A model generated the notes under the pieces. The model saw nothing but the letters and a program-made list of their open reading frames with translations, had not been told where the DNA came from and did no database searches. A program made the translations under genes and the position numbers. Shown here in pieces: positions 30,900 through 41,600 of a DNA stretch of 64,000 nt. The stretch's first letter is position 1. Each line of letters begins with the position of its first letter. Source of the stretch: an uncultured Candidatus Binatia bacterium (GTDB lineage: Bacteria; Desulfobacterota; Binatia; UBA9968; JAJDTQ01); assembly GCA_965213675.1 (NCBI GenBank), contig OZ243916.1, positions 1,952,001 through 2,016,000 of the forward strand, in the 5' to 3' direction.

Positions 30900-32672
30900 A
30901 TGAAGCGCCCGTCCGCCATGCACACCGACAAAGCCATCGATGCCACGCCGTGGTCGTGGGAGACCATCGCGCCGCGCTTCAACGAGCGCTCGATCCTGTC
31001 CTGGACCACCCTGATCGTGGTCATGTGGCTGGTGCTGGCGCCGTTGGTGATGGTGGCGGTGACTTCCTTCCAGGTCGAGCCCCTGGCCCACGTCGCCACG
31101 TACACCCTCGACAACTACCTGGAAGTCTACCTCGACTCCCACACCTACGAGCTTCTCTCCAACACGCTGCTGTTCGGCGCCGGCGCCATCGCCGTGGGGT
31201 TCTTCTTCGCGTTTCCGCTGGCGTGGCTGGTGGAGCGCACCAACACGCCCGGGCGGAACCTCACGTATGGCTTGATCCTGATTCCCATGGCGATTCCGCC
31301 CATGATCTCCGCGCTGGGCTGGGAACGACTGCTGGACCCCAAGATCGGTCTCATCAACATCGTGCTGCGAAGCCTTTTGGGCATGGAAGGCGAGGACGGA
31401 CCCCTCAACATCTTCACGCTGTTCGGCATGTCCTTCGTCATGGGCCTTTCCATGGTGCCCACCGTGTTCCTGATCCTCGCCCCCTCCATCCGTAACCTCG
31501 ACCCGTCCTTCGAGGACGCCAGCCTCGTATCCGGCGCCACCTGGTACACCACGTTCCGCCGAGTGACGCTGCCGCTGGTCTACCCGGCCTTCTTCGCGGC
31601 GCTGATCTGGTTCTTCATCATCGCCATCGAGGCCTTCGAGATACCCGGTGTCATCGGGCTCCAGGCCGGCATCCTGGTGTTCAGCACCAAGATATTCTGG
31701 GCCGTCCATCCACCCACCGGCGATCTGCCCGACTACGGCATGGCCAGCGCGCTGGCCGCGCTCGTACTGGTGCTGAGCGGCATCCTCGTCTACTTCTACC
31801 TCAAGGTGCTGGGCAGCGGGGAGAAGTACACCACCATCACGGGCCGGGGCTACCGCCCGTCCATCGTCGATCTGGGGATCTGGCGCTGGGCCGGTACGGC
31901 GTTCTTCAGCGGATACATGATCCTTGCCATCGTGCTGCCTGTCATCGTGCTCGCCTGGGGCAGCCTGCTGCACTACTACCAGCCGCCTTCCTGGGATCTG
32001 GTGGATCAGTTGTCGCTGGCCAACTACCAAACCACCTTCGAGGACGAGGACTTCCTCGGAGTCTTCTGGAACACCGGGGTCGTGGTGTTCACCGCCGCCA
32101 CGGTCACCGCGCTGATCTGCACGGTGGCCGCCTGGATCGTCGTGCGTTTCCCGGGAAAGCTGAGCACCGTCCTAAACCTGACCACGTTCATGCCCATCGC
32201 GGTACCGTCGGTCATCATCGGACTGGCGCTCATCCTGGTCTACCTGTCCATCCCCATAGGCCTGTACGGCACCATCTGGATCATCGCCATCGCCCATATC
32301 ACGCGCTACCTGTCCTACGGCTCCCGCACCATGATCGCGTCCCAGGTACAGATCCACAAGGAGCTGGAGGAAGCGTCCTACACCTGCGGCGCCTCCTTCC
32401 GCATGACCCTGCGCAAGGTCATCATGCCGATTCTGCTGCCAGCGCTGGTGAGCCTGTGGTTGTGGGTGGCGCTGCACAGCATCCGGGAGCTGTCGTCCGC
32501 GGTGCTGCTGGCGTCGTCAGAGAACACGGTTATCAGCACGCTGATCTGGACCCAGTACCACGAGGGCGAGGTGGGGGTCGCGTACGCGCTGTCGGTCATC
32601 CTCATCGCGGTGTCGTTCGTCATCGCGTTCCTGGGACGGCGTCTGTTGAGCTGGCACGACCACCTGCGCTGA
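30900..32672 (+). CDS. ABC transporter permease with two TM domains (FbpB-like)
   Basis: Two EAA loops, FEDASLVSGA and LEEASYTCGA; WLVERTNTPG. Confidence 0.92.
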   Translation: MKRPSAMHTDKAIDATPWSWETIAPRFNERSILSWTTLIVVMWLVLAPLVMVAVTSFQVEPLAHVATYTLDNYLEVYLDSHTYELLSNTLLFGAGAIAVGFFFAFPLAWLVERTNTPGRNLTYGLILIPMAIPPMISALGWERLLDPKIGLINIVLRSLLGMEGEDGPLNIFTLFGMSFVMGLSMVPTVFLILAPSIRNLDPSFEDASLVSGATWYTTFRRVTLPLVYPAFFAALIWFFIIAIEAFEIPGVIGLQAGILVFSTKIFWAVHPPTGDLPDYGMASALAALVLVLSGILVYFYLKVLGSGEKYTTITGRGYRPSIVDLGIWRWAGTAFFSGYMILAIVLPVIVLAWGSLLHYYQPPSWDLVDQLSLANYQTTFEDEDFLGVFWNTGVVVFTAATVTALICTVAAWIVVRFPGKLSTVLNLTTFMPIAVPSVIIGLALILVYLSIPIGLYGTIWIIAIAHITRYLSYGSRTMIASQVQIHKELEEASYTCGASFRMTLRKVIMPILLPALVSLWLWVALHSIRELSSAVLLASSENTVISTLIWTQYHEGEVGVAYALSVILIAVSFVIAFLGRRLLSWHDHLR

Positions 32673-32847
32673 GTAGAAGCGCGGTTGGTTGTTTCCATGT
32701 CCTTGGCTGGATCGATCCGTTGTCATGCGGCATCTTGTTGCATGCGGGGCGACCGGCCGGTCGCCACTGCATGGTTCCACTGGCCGGTTCCAATTCGTCC
32801 GGGCACTCACGGGCGGGCAGACGAACCGTTGACCGCGAGGCATACCC

Positions 32848-34830
32848 ATGAGCATCACCCTTGAGATCGAGGAACGCGCGCCATTCGCTGAAGGAACCGG
32901 CTTTGGCGACGCCGGCGCCTATGAACGGGTCCACGGACGCGCGCGCTTCGCCATCGATCCACGCCTGCCCGCCAACCGCGGTATCGTGGACCTGGCGCTC
33001 GCTCCGGCGGACGCGCACGGCCTGGTGGAGTACTCGACGGAGTTCTTCATCCTCAAGCCCGTGGACATGAGCCGCGGCAACCGCCGGCTGCTCTATGACG
33101 TGAACAATCGCGGCAACAAACGCGCGTTGCAGTTCTTCAACGACGCCCCGCCCAGCAACGACCCGCGCACCGCCGAGGACGCCGGCCACGGGTTTCTGAT
33201 GCGCCAAGGCTACACCGTGGCCTGGTGCGGCTGGCAGGGCGACCTGCTGCCCGGGGACGGCCGCCTGACCATGGATCTGCCCGTGGCCGCCGGCCCCGAC
33301 GGCCCGGTCACCGGACCCTTCCGGGCGGAGTTCATCATCGAGCAGCCTGGAGTGACCACCGTGTCGCTGGGCGGACACGACTACATCCGGCCCTGCCCCG
33401 CCGCGGATCTCGACACGGAGGGCGCCACCCTGACCCGCCGGCGGCTGGAGGCGGACCCGCGCGAGCCCCTCCCGCCCGGCGCCTGGCGCTTCGCCGCCCC
33501 GGATGCTGCCGGCAGACTCCAACCGTCGGCCACGCATTGTCATGTCCCGGAAGGCTTCCGGCCCGGCTGGATCTACGAGCTCATCCACACCGCCAGGGAC
33601 CCGCTGGTGCTGGGGCTCGGGTTTGCCGCCGTGCGCGACCTCCTCGATTTCCTGCGTCATGCCCGCGAGGACGCGGCCGGACAGGCCAATCCCCTGCGCG
33701 ACGGCGCGGCGGGGGTCGAGAAAGCCTACGCCTGGGGGCGCTCCCAGAGCGGACGTTTCCTGCGCGCGTTCGTCTACGGCGGGTTCAACGTGTCGGACAG
33801 CGGACGGCGCATCTTCGACGGGATCTTCTCTCATGTGGCCGGAGGCGGGCGCTTGCAGCTCAACTACCGCTTCGCGCAGCCTGACCGCTACCCGCGCCAG
33901 CACGAGGACCACCTCTACCCCTCGGAGGAATTCCCCTTCGCCTACGGCCAGACCGAAGACCCGTTCACCGGCAGGCAGGATGCCATTCTGAAAAGGCCGG
34001 ACACGGACCCCGTGGTGATCCACACCCAGACCGCCACCGAGTACTGGCAGCGGCGCGGCTCCTTGGTGCACACCGATCCTCGCGGCGGTGATCTCCCGGA
34101 GCACGACAACGTCCGGGTCTACTTGCTGTCGTCGTTGCAACACAACGACGCGGCCGCCGCCCTCGAAGGCGGCGTACCGCGATACCCGCAGAACCCGCTG
34201 CCGGCCAATCCAGTGCTGCGCGCCCTGTTGACCGCCCTGGACGAATGGTCCACTGCGGGGGTCCCGCCTCCGGACAGCCGTGTCCCGACGCGGTCCGGCG
34301 GCGACCTCATCACCGGCGCCGAGTTCCGCAACGGGTTCCCCGCCATCCCCGGAAGCGCTTGTCCCCAACCGCATTCGCTGTACCACCTGGACCGCGGGGC
34401 GGAATTCGCCGGCGGCATCATTTCCCGGGAGCCGCCCGTGGAGGACAACACCCGCGAATATCCGGTGCGGGTGCCCTCGGTGGACGCCGACGGCAACGAA
34501 CTCGCCGGCGTCCGTATCCCGGAAGTGGCGGCGCCCTTGGCGACCTACCTGGGATGGAACCTGCGCAAGGACTCGGACGTGATGGCGGGCATCGTGGGCA
34601 GCGCCATTCCCTTCGCCGTCACCGAGCAAGCGCGCACCGAGCGGGCAGACCCACGCCCATCCATCAAGGCACGCTATCCTGCACGGCAAGCCTATCTCGC
34701 CGCGGTGCGCGCGGCCGCCGAGGAACTCGTGGCGCAGCGGCTGCTGTTGGCCGAAGACGTGGAGCGGTGCGTGGCGCTGGCCCGCAAACGCTGGGACGCG
34801 CGGCTGGGAAACGGGTCCGGGAGGCGCTAG
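32848..34830 (+). CDS. Large alpha/beta-hydrolase-domain protein
   Basis: Nucleophile elbow GRSQSGRFLR, NRGNK, GWQGD, DADGNELAGVR, TYLGWN. Confidence 0.8.
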   Translation: MSITLEIEERAPFAEGTGFGDAGAYERVHGRARFAIDPRLPANRGIVDLALAPADAHGLVEYSTEFFILKPVDMSRGNRRLLYDVNNRGNKRALQFFNDAPPSNDPRTAEDAGHGFLMRQGYTVAWCGWQGDLLPGDGRLTMDLPVAAGPDGPVTGPFRAEFIIEQPGVTTVSLGGHDYIRPCPAADLDTEGATLTRRRLEADPREPLPPGAWRFAAPDAAGRLQPSATHCHVPEGFRPGWIYELIHTARDPLVLGLGFAAVRDLLDFLRHAREDAAGQANPLRDGAAGVEKAYAWGRSQSGRFLRAFVYGGFNVSDSGRRIFDGIFSHVAGGGRLQLNYRFAQPDRYPRQHEDHLYPSEEFPFAYGQTEDPFTGRQDAILKRPDTDPVVIHTQTATEYWQRRGSLVHTDPRGGDLPEHDNVRVYLLSSLQHNDAAAALEGGVPRYPQNPLPANPVLRALLTALDEWSTAGVPPPDSRVPTRSGGDLITGAEFRNGFPAIPGSACPQPHSLYHLDRGAEFAGGIISREPPVEDNTREYPVRVPSVDADGNELAGVRIPEVAAPLATYLGWNLRKDSDVMAGIVGSAIPFAVTEQARTERADPRPSIKARYPARQAYLAAVRAAAEELVAQRLLLAEDVERCVALARKRWDARLGNGSGRR

Positions 34831-34879
34831 TGTGGTGTGCCGCGGCGACCGGCCGGCCGCCGCGGCACCGCATCCGGGC

Positions 34880-35662
34880 CTATGCCATCAAGCCGTGGTC
34901 CCGCAGGAACTCGATGACGAAGGCGTCAAATCCCGCCGGGTCTTCGATGCAACACGCGTGACCGGTTCCGGGCAGCACCCTGTGCACCGCTCCCGGGGTC
35001 AGGGCCGCGGTTTTCCGACCGCCCTCCAGGGACATGTCGTGCTCGCCGTTGATGACCAGGGTGGGCACTTTCATCTCGGAAAGACGCGGCGTCATGTCGG
35101 TGCCGCGGCGGGCGCGGAAAATCTGGGCAATGGACCGGCCCGAAAGCCACGGATTCCGCTCCAGGAAGACATCCAACAGGTACTTGCCCAGCGGGGTGCT
35201 CTCGAAACCCGGCGCCACCAGCTCCTTGATGTGCTTCTCGTGGTAGGTCGCGACGTCGTCCGTATAGCCCTGTATGCGGTCGTCGATGCGCCCGCCCCCG
35301 CCACTGCTTCCGCCCACCAGGATCACCGCGCGGAACATCTCCGGATGATCGAGGCCCAGCAGCAGTGCGATGCCCGACCCCACGCTGACGCCCCCGATGA
35401 CCGCCTCGGTGACGCCTTCCGCCCGGCACACCGCCAGCACGTCGCCGGCCATGTCGCCCAGCGTGAACGGCGTCTCGGGCTTGTCCGAGCGGCCATAGCC
35501 CCGGATATCCAGCGAAATCATCCGGAACCAGGTGGAAAAATGCGCCACCTGGTACATCAGCAGATTGTGATCGAAGGGGTTCGCGTGCACCCAGATGAAG
35601 GGCGGCCCCTCCCCGGAAACCTCGTAGTAGATGCGGACCCCATCGGAATCCGTGTACGGCAT
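34880..35662 (-). CDS. Alpha/beta fold hydrolase
   Basis: DIRGYGRS, GVSVG nucleophile elbow, GEHD, GTGH. Confidence 0.9.
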   Translation of the reverse strand: MPYTDSDGVRIYYEVSGEGPPFIWVHANPFDHNLLMYQVAHFSTWFRMISLDIRGYGRSDKPETPFTLGDMAGDVLAVCRAEGVTEAVIGGVSVGSGIALLLGLDHPEMFRAVILVGGSSGGGGRIDDRIQGYTDDVATYHEKHIKELVAPGFESTPLGKYLLDVFLERNPWLSGRSIAQIFRARRGTDMTPRLSEMKVPTLVINGEHDMSLEGGRKTAALTPGAVHRVLPGTGHACCIEDPAGFDAFVIEFLRDHGLMA

Positions 35663-35740
35663 GGAGCACCTCGAACGGCGTTGTAGAGCGGTTTCAAACT
35701 TGGCCGTGTAGGAGTTTGTCCTACCGCCCGCTGTCCCTAA

Positions 35741-35905
35741 CTAGTGTGGTGTCTGGTTAATTCGCGTCATAATCTGCGGGTCTTTTTCGCCGTCGGCTGC
35801 GTTGCTCTTCCTCGCGTGGTACACGCCACTGCTCGTCATCGCGCCTTGCCGACAATAAAAAATCCTCCGCAGATTATGACCCGAATTAACCAGACACCAC
35901 ACTAG
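35741..35905. mobile_element. 165-bp MITE-like palindromic element, copy B
   Basis: 39-bp terminal inverted repeats with one mismatch (CTAGTGTGGTGTCTGGTTAATTCGCGTCATAATCTGCGG), CTAG at both ends. Confidence 0.85.
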
Positions 35906-36124
35906 CTGAAAACAAGCAAGTAATACTATCCGCTTGAAGGACCGGATGGCTCGCGTCGGAACAATCAACACATGGTCAACACGACGCAACTGTCCTACGA
36001 AGTGGAAGCACCTCAGGGGACCACCTCAGTTTGCTGCTTCCAGCTTAACACAGGTGAGCTCTTCAGGTCCTCCCTCGTTCGTATTTCTATGGGACACGAG
36101 TGACAATTCCCCTATAATGTTCCC

Positions 36125-36514
36125 ATGACGACTACCGAAAGCGTCCGGCTCGACAAGTGGCTGTGGGCGGCGCGGTTCTTCAAGACACGCGCGCTCGCGG
36201 CCGAAGCGGCCCAGGGCGGCAAGGTCCATGTCCGCGGCGACCGCGCCAAACCGGCCCGCCCGGTTCGCATCGGCGACCGGTTGGAGATCCGGCGCGGCCC
36301 CCTTGAATGGGTGGTCACGGTCAAGGGCCTGTCAGCGAGACGCGGCCCGGCCGAGGAGGCCATGCGGCTCTACGAAGAGACCGAGGAGAGCGTCCGCAAT
36401 CGCGACACAGCGCGTGCTCAGGTTCGGGCCCAGGCCGCCCCTTTTCGGGAGCACGGCGGCCGGCCCACCAAGAAGGACCGCCGGGACCGGGTGCGTTTCG
36501 CGGGCAAGGATTGA
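36125..36514 (+). CDS. hslR: Ribosome-associated heat shock protein Hsp15
   Basis: RLDKWLWAARFFKTR, LYEET, GRPTKKDRR. Confidence 0.95.
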   Translation: MTTTESVRLDKWLWAARFFKTRALAAEAAQGGKVHVRGDRAKPARPVRIGDRLEIRRGPLEWVVTVKGLSARRGPAEEAMRLYEETEESVRNRDTARAQVRAQAAPFREHGGRPTKKDRRDRVRFAGKD

Positions 36515-37239
36515 CCCGGTCCCCCTACCGAACACGCTTCTCTGCCGAGCCGGATCAGGCCGTACGGGCGCAAGACCTCCGGGCTTACGTGGACGCCTAC
36601 TTGCGCGAAGAGATCCAGGCGGAGGCGCTGGTCCGCAATCTCGGAGGATATACCCGGTTGCTGGATCTCACGGCCGCGGCTTCGGGCACCATTCTGAACC
36701 TGAATGCCCTGAGCCACGACGCCGGCATCGCCTTTGAGACGGCGCGGCGTTATATGGAGGTTCTCGAAGACACGCTCATCGTGTTCCGTATCCCGGCCTG
36801 GAGCGGGTCGGACCGGGCGAGTCTGCTGAGCCACCCCAAGATCTACTTCTTTGACCTCGGGATACGGAATGCGTTGTTGCGACGACCTCTGGACCGGTGC
36901 CTCGAAGACGAACGCGGGCTCCTGCTGGAACATTTCATCGCGCAGGAACTTTACCGCCGGACGGGAACGCTCTGGCCCGAGCTCGCCTTGTCGCATTACC
37001 GCACCCGCCACGGGGCGGAGGTGGACTTCGTGATGGAGGTGGGCCGAGAGCTGTGGGCCGTCGAGGTCAAGTCGTCACGACGGGTGTCCCGGACGGCTTT
37101 GCGAGGGCTGCGGTCTTTTGCCGAGAGGGCCGGCCGTGTCCACCGGTCCATCGTGGTGTTTCCTGGACCGCGCCGACAACAATTGGGGGAGGTCGAGGTC
37201 CTGCCGGTGGTGGATTTCCTGGATGAGTTGCCGTCCTGA
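36511..37239 (+). pseudogene. 5'-truncated AAA ATPase-DUF4143 gene (C-terminal half only)
   Basis: YLREEIQAEALVRN, HPKIYFFDLG, YRTRHGAEVDFV, AVEVK; no Walker A/B; only candidate start is a TTG overlapping the hslR stop. Confidence 0.7.
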
Positions 37240-37264
37240 CCGAACGCGGGCGCGCGGGTGACCC

Positions 37265-38512
37265 CTATATCCCTTCCAACAGCACCGTGCGGATCAACGA
37301 GATGGCGTTGAGGCTCATGCGGGTCCGGTCGGGGCCGCCGCGGCCGCCGAGGTTGTAGGTGCGGGTGTGGAACCGGGCGCCGTCGGTGACGGAGATGTAC
37401 GTCTGACCGCGAGCGAGGTTGACCGCGGTATCGCCCGGGTTCTCCACCGCGTGCAGTGCCAGACCCAGGTCGCTGCCGGCCTGCTGCCGGATGGTCCAGG
37501 CCAGTTCCTCGGTGAGCGCCTCCGGCTGCGCCAGCAGCGCCTCCGCCTCGTCGGGCCGGCGTGAATGCGCCAGCAGCCGGCGTGTGCCGCGCGCGCCCGG
37601 CGCCACCATGCCCTCCACGAAGTGGTCCTTGCTGGCCCGCTGCAGGCGGTCGGCCACGAGGCCAGCGGTCATGTCCTCGAACACGGCCACGCTCTGATCC
37701 TTCTCCCGGAGCAACCCGCCCACCGCATCCTCCATGGTCTCGTCGTCCACGGCGAAGATGTGCGTCGTGAGGAGTTCACGCACCTGCGTCTCTATCGGCG
37801 CGATGAGTTCCATGGCCTGCTCGCGGCTCGCCGCCTTGGCGGTGATGCGCACGTCCACCTGTCCCGGGTGGGCCAGGACCCCCACCGTGGGGTTGCTGGA
37901 GTTGGCGATGAGGTGGCCGATCTCGTGGTCCACCGAGCTTTCGCCCATGTCGGTCACCTTGAGCACACGGTAGGTGATGGTCTCCGACAGGTTCCACTTG
38001 CGCCGCGCGTAGGGCGTCAGTTCGTTCTCGAACAGCCACTTCATCTCGTGGGGCACCCCCGGAAGCGCGAAGACGGCGCCCTTCTCGTGCTCGACGATGA
38101 ACGACGGCGCAGTGCCGTTTGGGTTCTCCACCGGAATGGCGCCCTCGGGGATGTCCGCCTGGCGCTCGTTGTTGGGGGTCATGATCATGCCCCGGCGACG
38201 GAAACGCCGGTCGATCTGGTCCAGCAGGCCCGGGTCCCGCACGAGCCTCCGGCCGCACACCTCCGCGATGATTTCCCGGGTGATATCGTCCTGGGTCGGC
38301 CCAAGGCCGCCGCTGGTGATGACGAAGTCCGCCCGGTCCAGGGCCCGGCCGATGACGTCCTTCATGCGCCCGGGGTTGTCGCCCACGATGGTCTTGAAGA
38401 AGAGATTGACGCCCATATCCGACAGGCGCCGGGCCATCCACGCGGAGTTGGTGTCCACGATCTGGCCCAGCAGCAGTTCCGATCCGATGGCAACGATTTC
38501 AGCGTTGGGCAC
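37265..38512 (-). CDS. cinA: CinA family protein with a degenerate PncC domain
   Basis: IGSELLLGQIVDTN, SGGLGPTQDDIT, LPGVPHEM; GTG start after AGGAGG. Confidence 0.9.
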   Translation of the reverse strand: MPNAEIVAIGSELLLGQIVDTNSAWMARRLSDMGVNLFFKTIVGDNPGRMKDVIGRALDRADFVITSGGLGPTQDDITREIIAEVCGRRLVRDPGLLDQIDRRFRRRGMIMTPNNERQADIPEGAIPVENPNGTAPSFIVEHEKGAVFALPGVPHEMKWLFENELTPYARRKWNLSETITYRVLKVTDMGESSVDHEIGHLIANSSNPTVGVLAHPGQVDVRITAKAASREQAMELIAPIETQVRELLTTHIFAVDDETMEDAVGGLLREKDQSVAVFEDMTAGLVADRLQRASKDHFVEGMVAPGARGTRRLLAHSRRPDEAEALLAQPEALTEELAWTIRQQAGSDLGLALHAVENPGDTAVNLARGQTYISVTDGARFHTRTYNLGGRGGPDRTRMSLNAISLIRTVLLEGI

Positions 38513-38646
38513 GACGCCCTCCTGTTCCGTGTGGGTCTGGTGAATCCGCGTTCGCTGGTGACTTACGTGCCAGAAGCCGGCACGGGTTGGCAAGGGGCGC
38601 CGGCGCCAGTCCCGTCCGGTTCACGGTTCCCTTGCTCCGGTGGGCT

Positions 38647-41600
38647 CTACTCCACACCGGGCGCGGGCACGGCCTCGGCGGGGGTATCGGCAGGCGCCCG
38701 GCGCCGGACCTTCGCAAGCACGTCCAGCCACAGGGAATAGAGCGTGGGCGTGAGAACCAGGGTGAACAGGGTGGAGACGGCGAGGCCTCCCAGCACCGCG
38801 GAGCCCAGGCCGCGGTAGAGTTCGGAGCCGGCGCCGCGGGAGAGCACCAGCGGCAACATGCCGAATACCGTGGTGGCCGTGGTCATGAAGATGGGGCGGA
38901 TGCGCGTGCGCACGCTGGCCAGAAGCGCATCCTGGGGCGTTTCCCCGGCGCGGATGAAGTTGAGGGTCTGGTGCACGATGAGGATGGCGTTGTTCACCAC
39001 GATGCCGGTGAGGATGATGAACCCCAGCATGGTGACCGTATCCATCTTGATGGTGGGCTCGGTGGCGTGGCCCAGGCTCACGGCCAGGACACCGCCGGTG
39101 GCCGCCAGCGGCACGCTGAACATGATGATCAGCGGGTAGCTCCAGGACTCGAACAGCGAACACATCACCAGGTACACCACCACCACGGCCAGCAGGAACG
39201 TCCACTTGAAGGCGTCCCACGTTTCCGCGAGCTTCTGCGCCTGGCCACTGACCTGGATGGAGTAACCCAGCGGCAGGTTGCGCCGCACCTCCTGGACCGC
39301 GCCTTCCTCCACCGCCCGCACGGCCTCCTCCAGCGGCATGGCGTGGTGCATGTTCGCGTTCAGCTTGATGGCGCGGTCGAGGTCCACGTGCTCCACCTTG
39401 GTGGGACCGTCCCCGGGCCGGATGACGGCGATGTCCGAGAGCTGCACCAACCGGCCCGCGCCGCCGGAGAGCATGAGCGTCCCCAGATCCTGGGTGTGCG
39501 CCATCTCCCCCCGCGGCCCCTTGAGGATGATGTCGATTTCCCTGCCGCGCTCCCGGAAACGCCCGGCGCGGGTGCCTTCCACCGCGGTCTCGATGACGTC
39601 GCCCACCTCGGAAGCGCGCAGGCCCAGGGCCGCGACGCGGTCGCGGTCCAGGTGAACGCGGATCTCGGGGTTGCCCCACTCGAACGACGAGTTGACGAAG
39701 TTCACCCCCTCCACCTGACGGATGCCGCCTTCGAGGCCCCGGGCGATGTTCCGGATGGCCTGCAGGTCGTCTCCCTTGACATCCAGGGCCACGTTGTTGC
39801 CGCCGATGAAGCCGCCCCGCTGGCGGAAAAGGGACGCCTGGGTGATGAACACCGCCTGGGTCCCGGGAATGCCGCCCACGGCGCGGCGCAGGGTCCCCAC
39901 CACCCGGCGCATGTCTTCGAGGCCGGTGTACGGTTCCTTCACGATGGCGCCCATGATGGGGCTGTCCAGGCGGATGACGGCGAACATGCGCTCTACCTCG
40001 GGAACGGCCCGGACGCGCGCCTCGATCTCCTTGATGATGGCTTCCTTCTGGTCGGTGTTGAAGCCCGGAGGCATCTTCACCACGCCGAAGATGAAGTTGC
40101 GGTTCCCCCGCGGCAGATAGTCCAACGGCGGTGCGAACCACCATGCCAGGGCCACCGAACCACCCACGATGAAGAGCACCACCGCCAGCCGCCGGACGGC
40201 GCCGCGCTGAAGCCACGCCAGCAGTCCGAGCACCACCCCGGAAAATCCGGCGCCGGCCCGGTCCAGCACGGACATGGCCGCGCGCAGGCGCGGGAACCGC
40301 TGCCGCGCCCGTTCCGGAAGGACGTGGGCCGCGAGCATGGGCACCACGGTGAGAGCCACCACCAGAGACAGGGCCACCGCCACGGACACGGCCAGGGCGA
40401 TGTCCCGAAAGAGCTGCCCGGCCTCCTGCCGCACGAACAGCACAGGCACGAACACGGCTACGGTGGTGAGCGTGGACGCCAGGATCGCGCCCCCCACCTC
40501 GCGCGCCCCGTCCAGCGCCGCGCGCACGCGCCCCTTGCCCATGTCGCGGTGGCGGAACACGTTCTCCAGCACCACCACGGCGTTGTCCACCACCATGCCG
40601 GTGGCAAAGGCCAGCCCGGCGAGCATGATGACGTTCAGGGAGGAACCGGCGATATTGAGGACCACGAAGGTGGTGACGATGGAGACCGGGATGGCCACCG
40701 CCACGATGACGATGCTGGCGGGGCTGCGCAGGAACAGCAGCAGTACCAGCACCGCCAGGGCCACGGCGAAATAGACGTTGCGCGTCACCAGGTCGATGGA
40801 GTCGTGGATGTAGTCGGTCTCGTCGTAGGCCATCTCCAGGCGGATGCCCTTGTCGCGGTAGCGCTGATCCAGCCGGCTCAGGGTCTCCCGGACGCCGTCC
40901 ATGACCGCCATGGTGTTGGCCCCGGAACGGCGCAGCACGCCTATGCCAAGGGCGGGCTTGCCGTCGATGCGCACGGCGAAATCCCGGTCCTCGCGGCCGA
41001 AAGACACCGCGGCCAGGTCGCGCACGTAAACCGGCCCCTGGCCGTCGTGCCGCACCACCACGTCGGCGATGTGCCGGAGTTCCTCGAACTGGCCCAGGGT
41101 GCGCACCACGTGCCGGCGCTTGCCCTCGCTCAGGTCGCCGCCCTTGACGTTGCGGTTCTCACGGGTGATGGCCTGCCGGACATCGGCCACCGTGATGCCC
41201 CGCGCCGCCATGGCGCGGGGATCCAGCGTCACGTGCACCTGACGGTCGCGGCCGCCGAAGCGCCACACCGCGCCCACGCCGGGAACCCGTTCCAACTGCG
41301 GCACGATGACGTCCTTCAGTTCCTCCCACACCTCATGGATATCCCGCTCCGTGTCCACCATGATCCACGAAATCGGGCTCTCCTCGTCGGTGTTGACCGC
41401 GCGGATGCGGGACTCGCCCACGTCCGGCGGAAGGCCTCGGACGGTGTCGAGCTTCTCGGAAACGCCCAGGCGCGCGATATCCTTGTTGGTGCCCCAGTCA
41501 AAACTGAGGACCACGCGGGAACGGCCCTCGATGGAGCTGGACGCCACCTGCTTGAGCCGCTCCACCGCATTGAGCCGCTCCTCCAGCCGGTCGGTGACCT

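Noticed and set aside
35906-36110. Lower-GC stretch next to the 165-bp element
   Set aside because: Only short ORFs with no recognisable motif; may be debris but cannot be supported as a feature.
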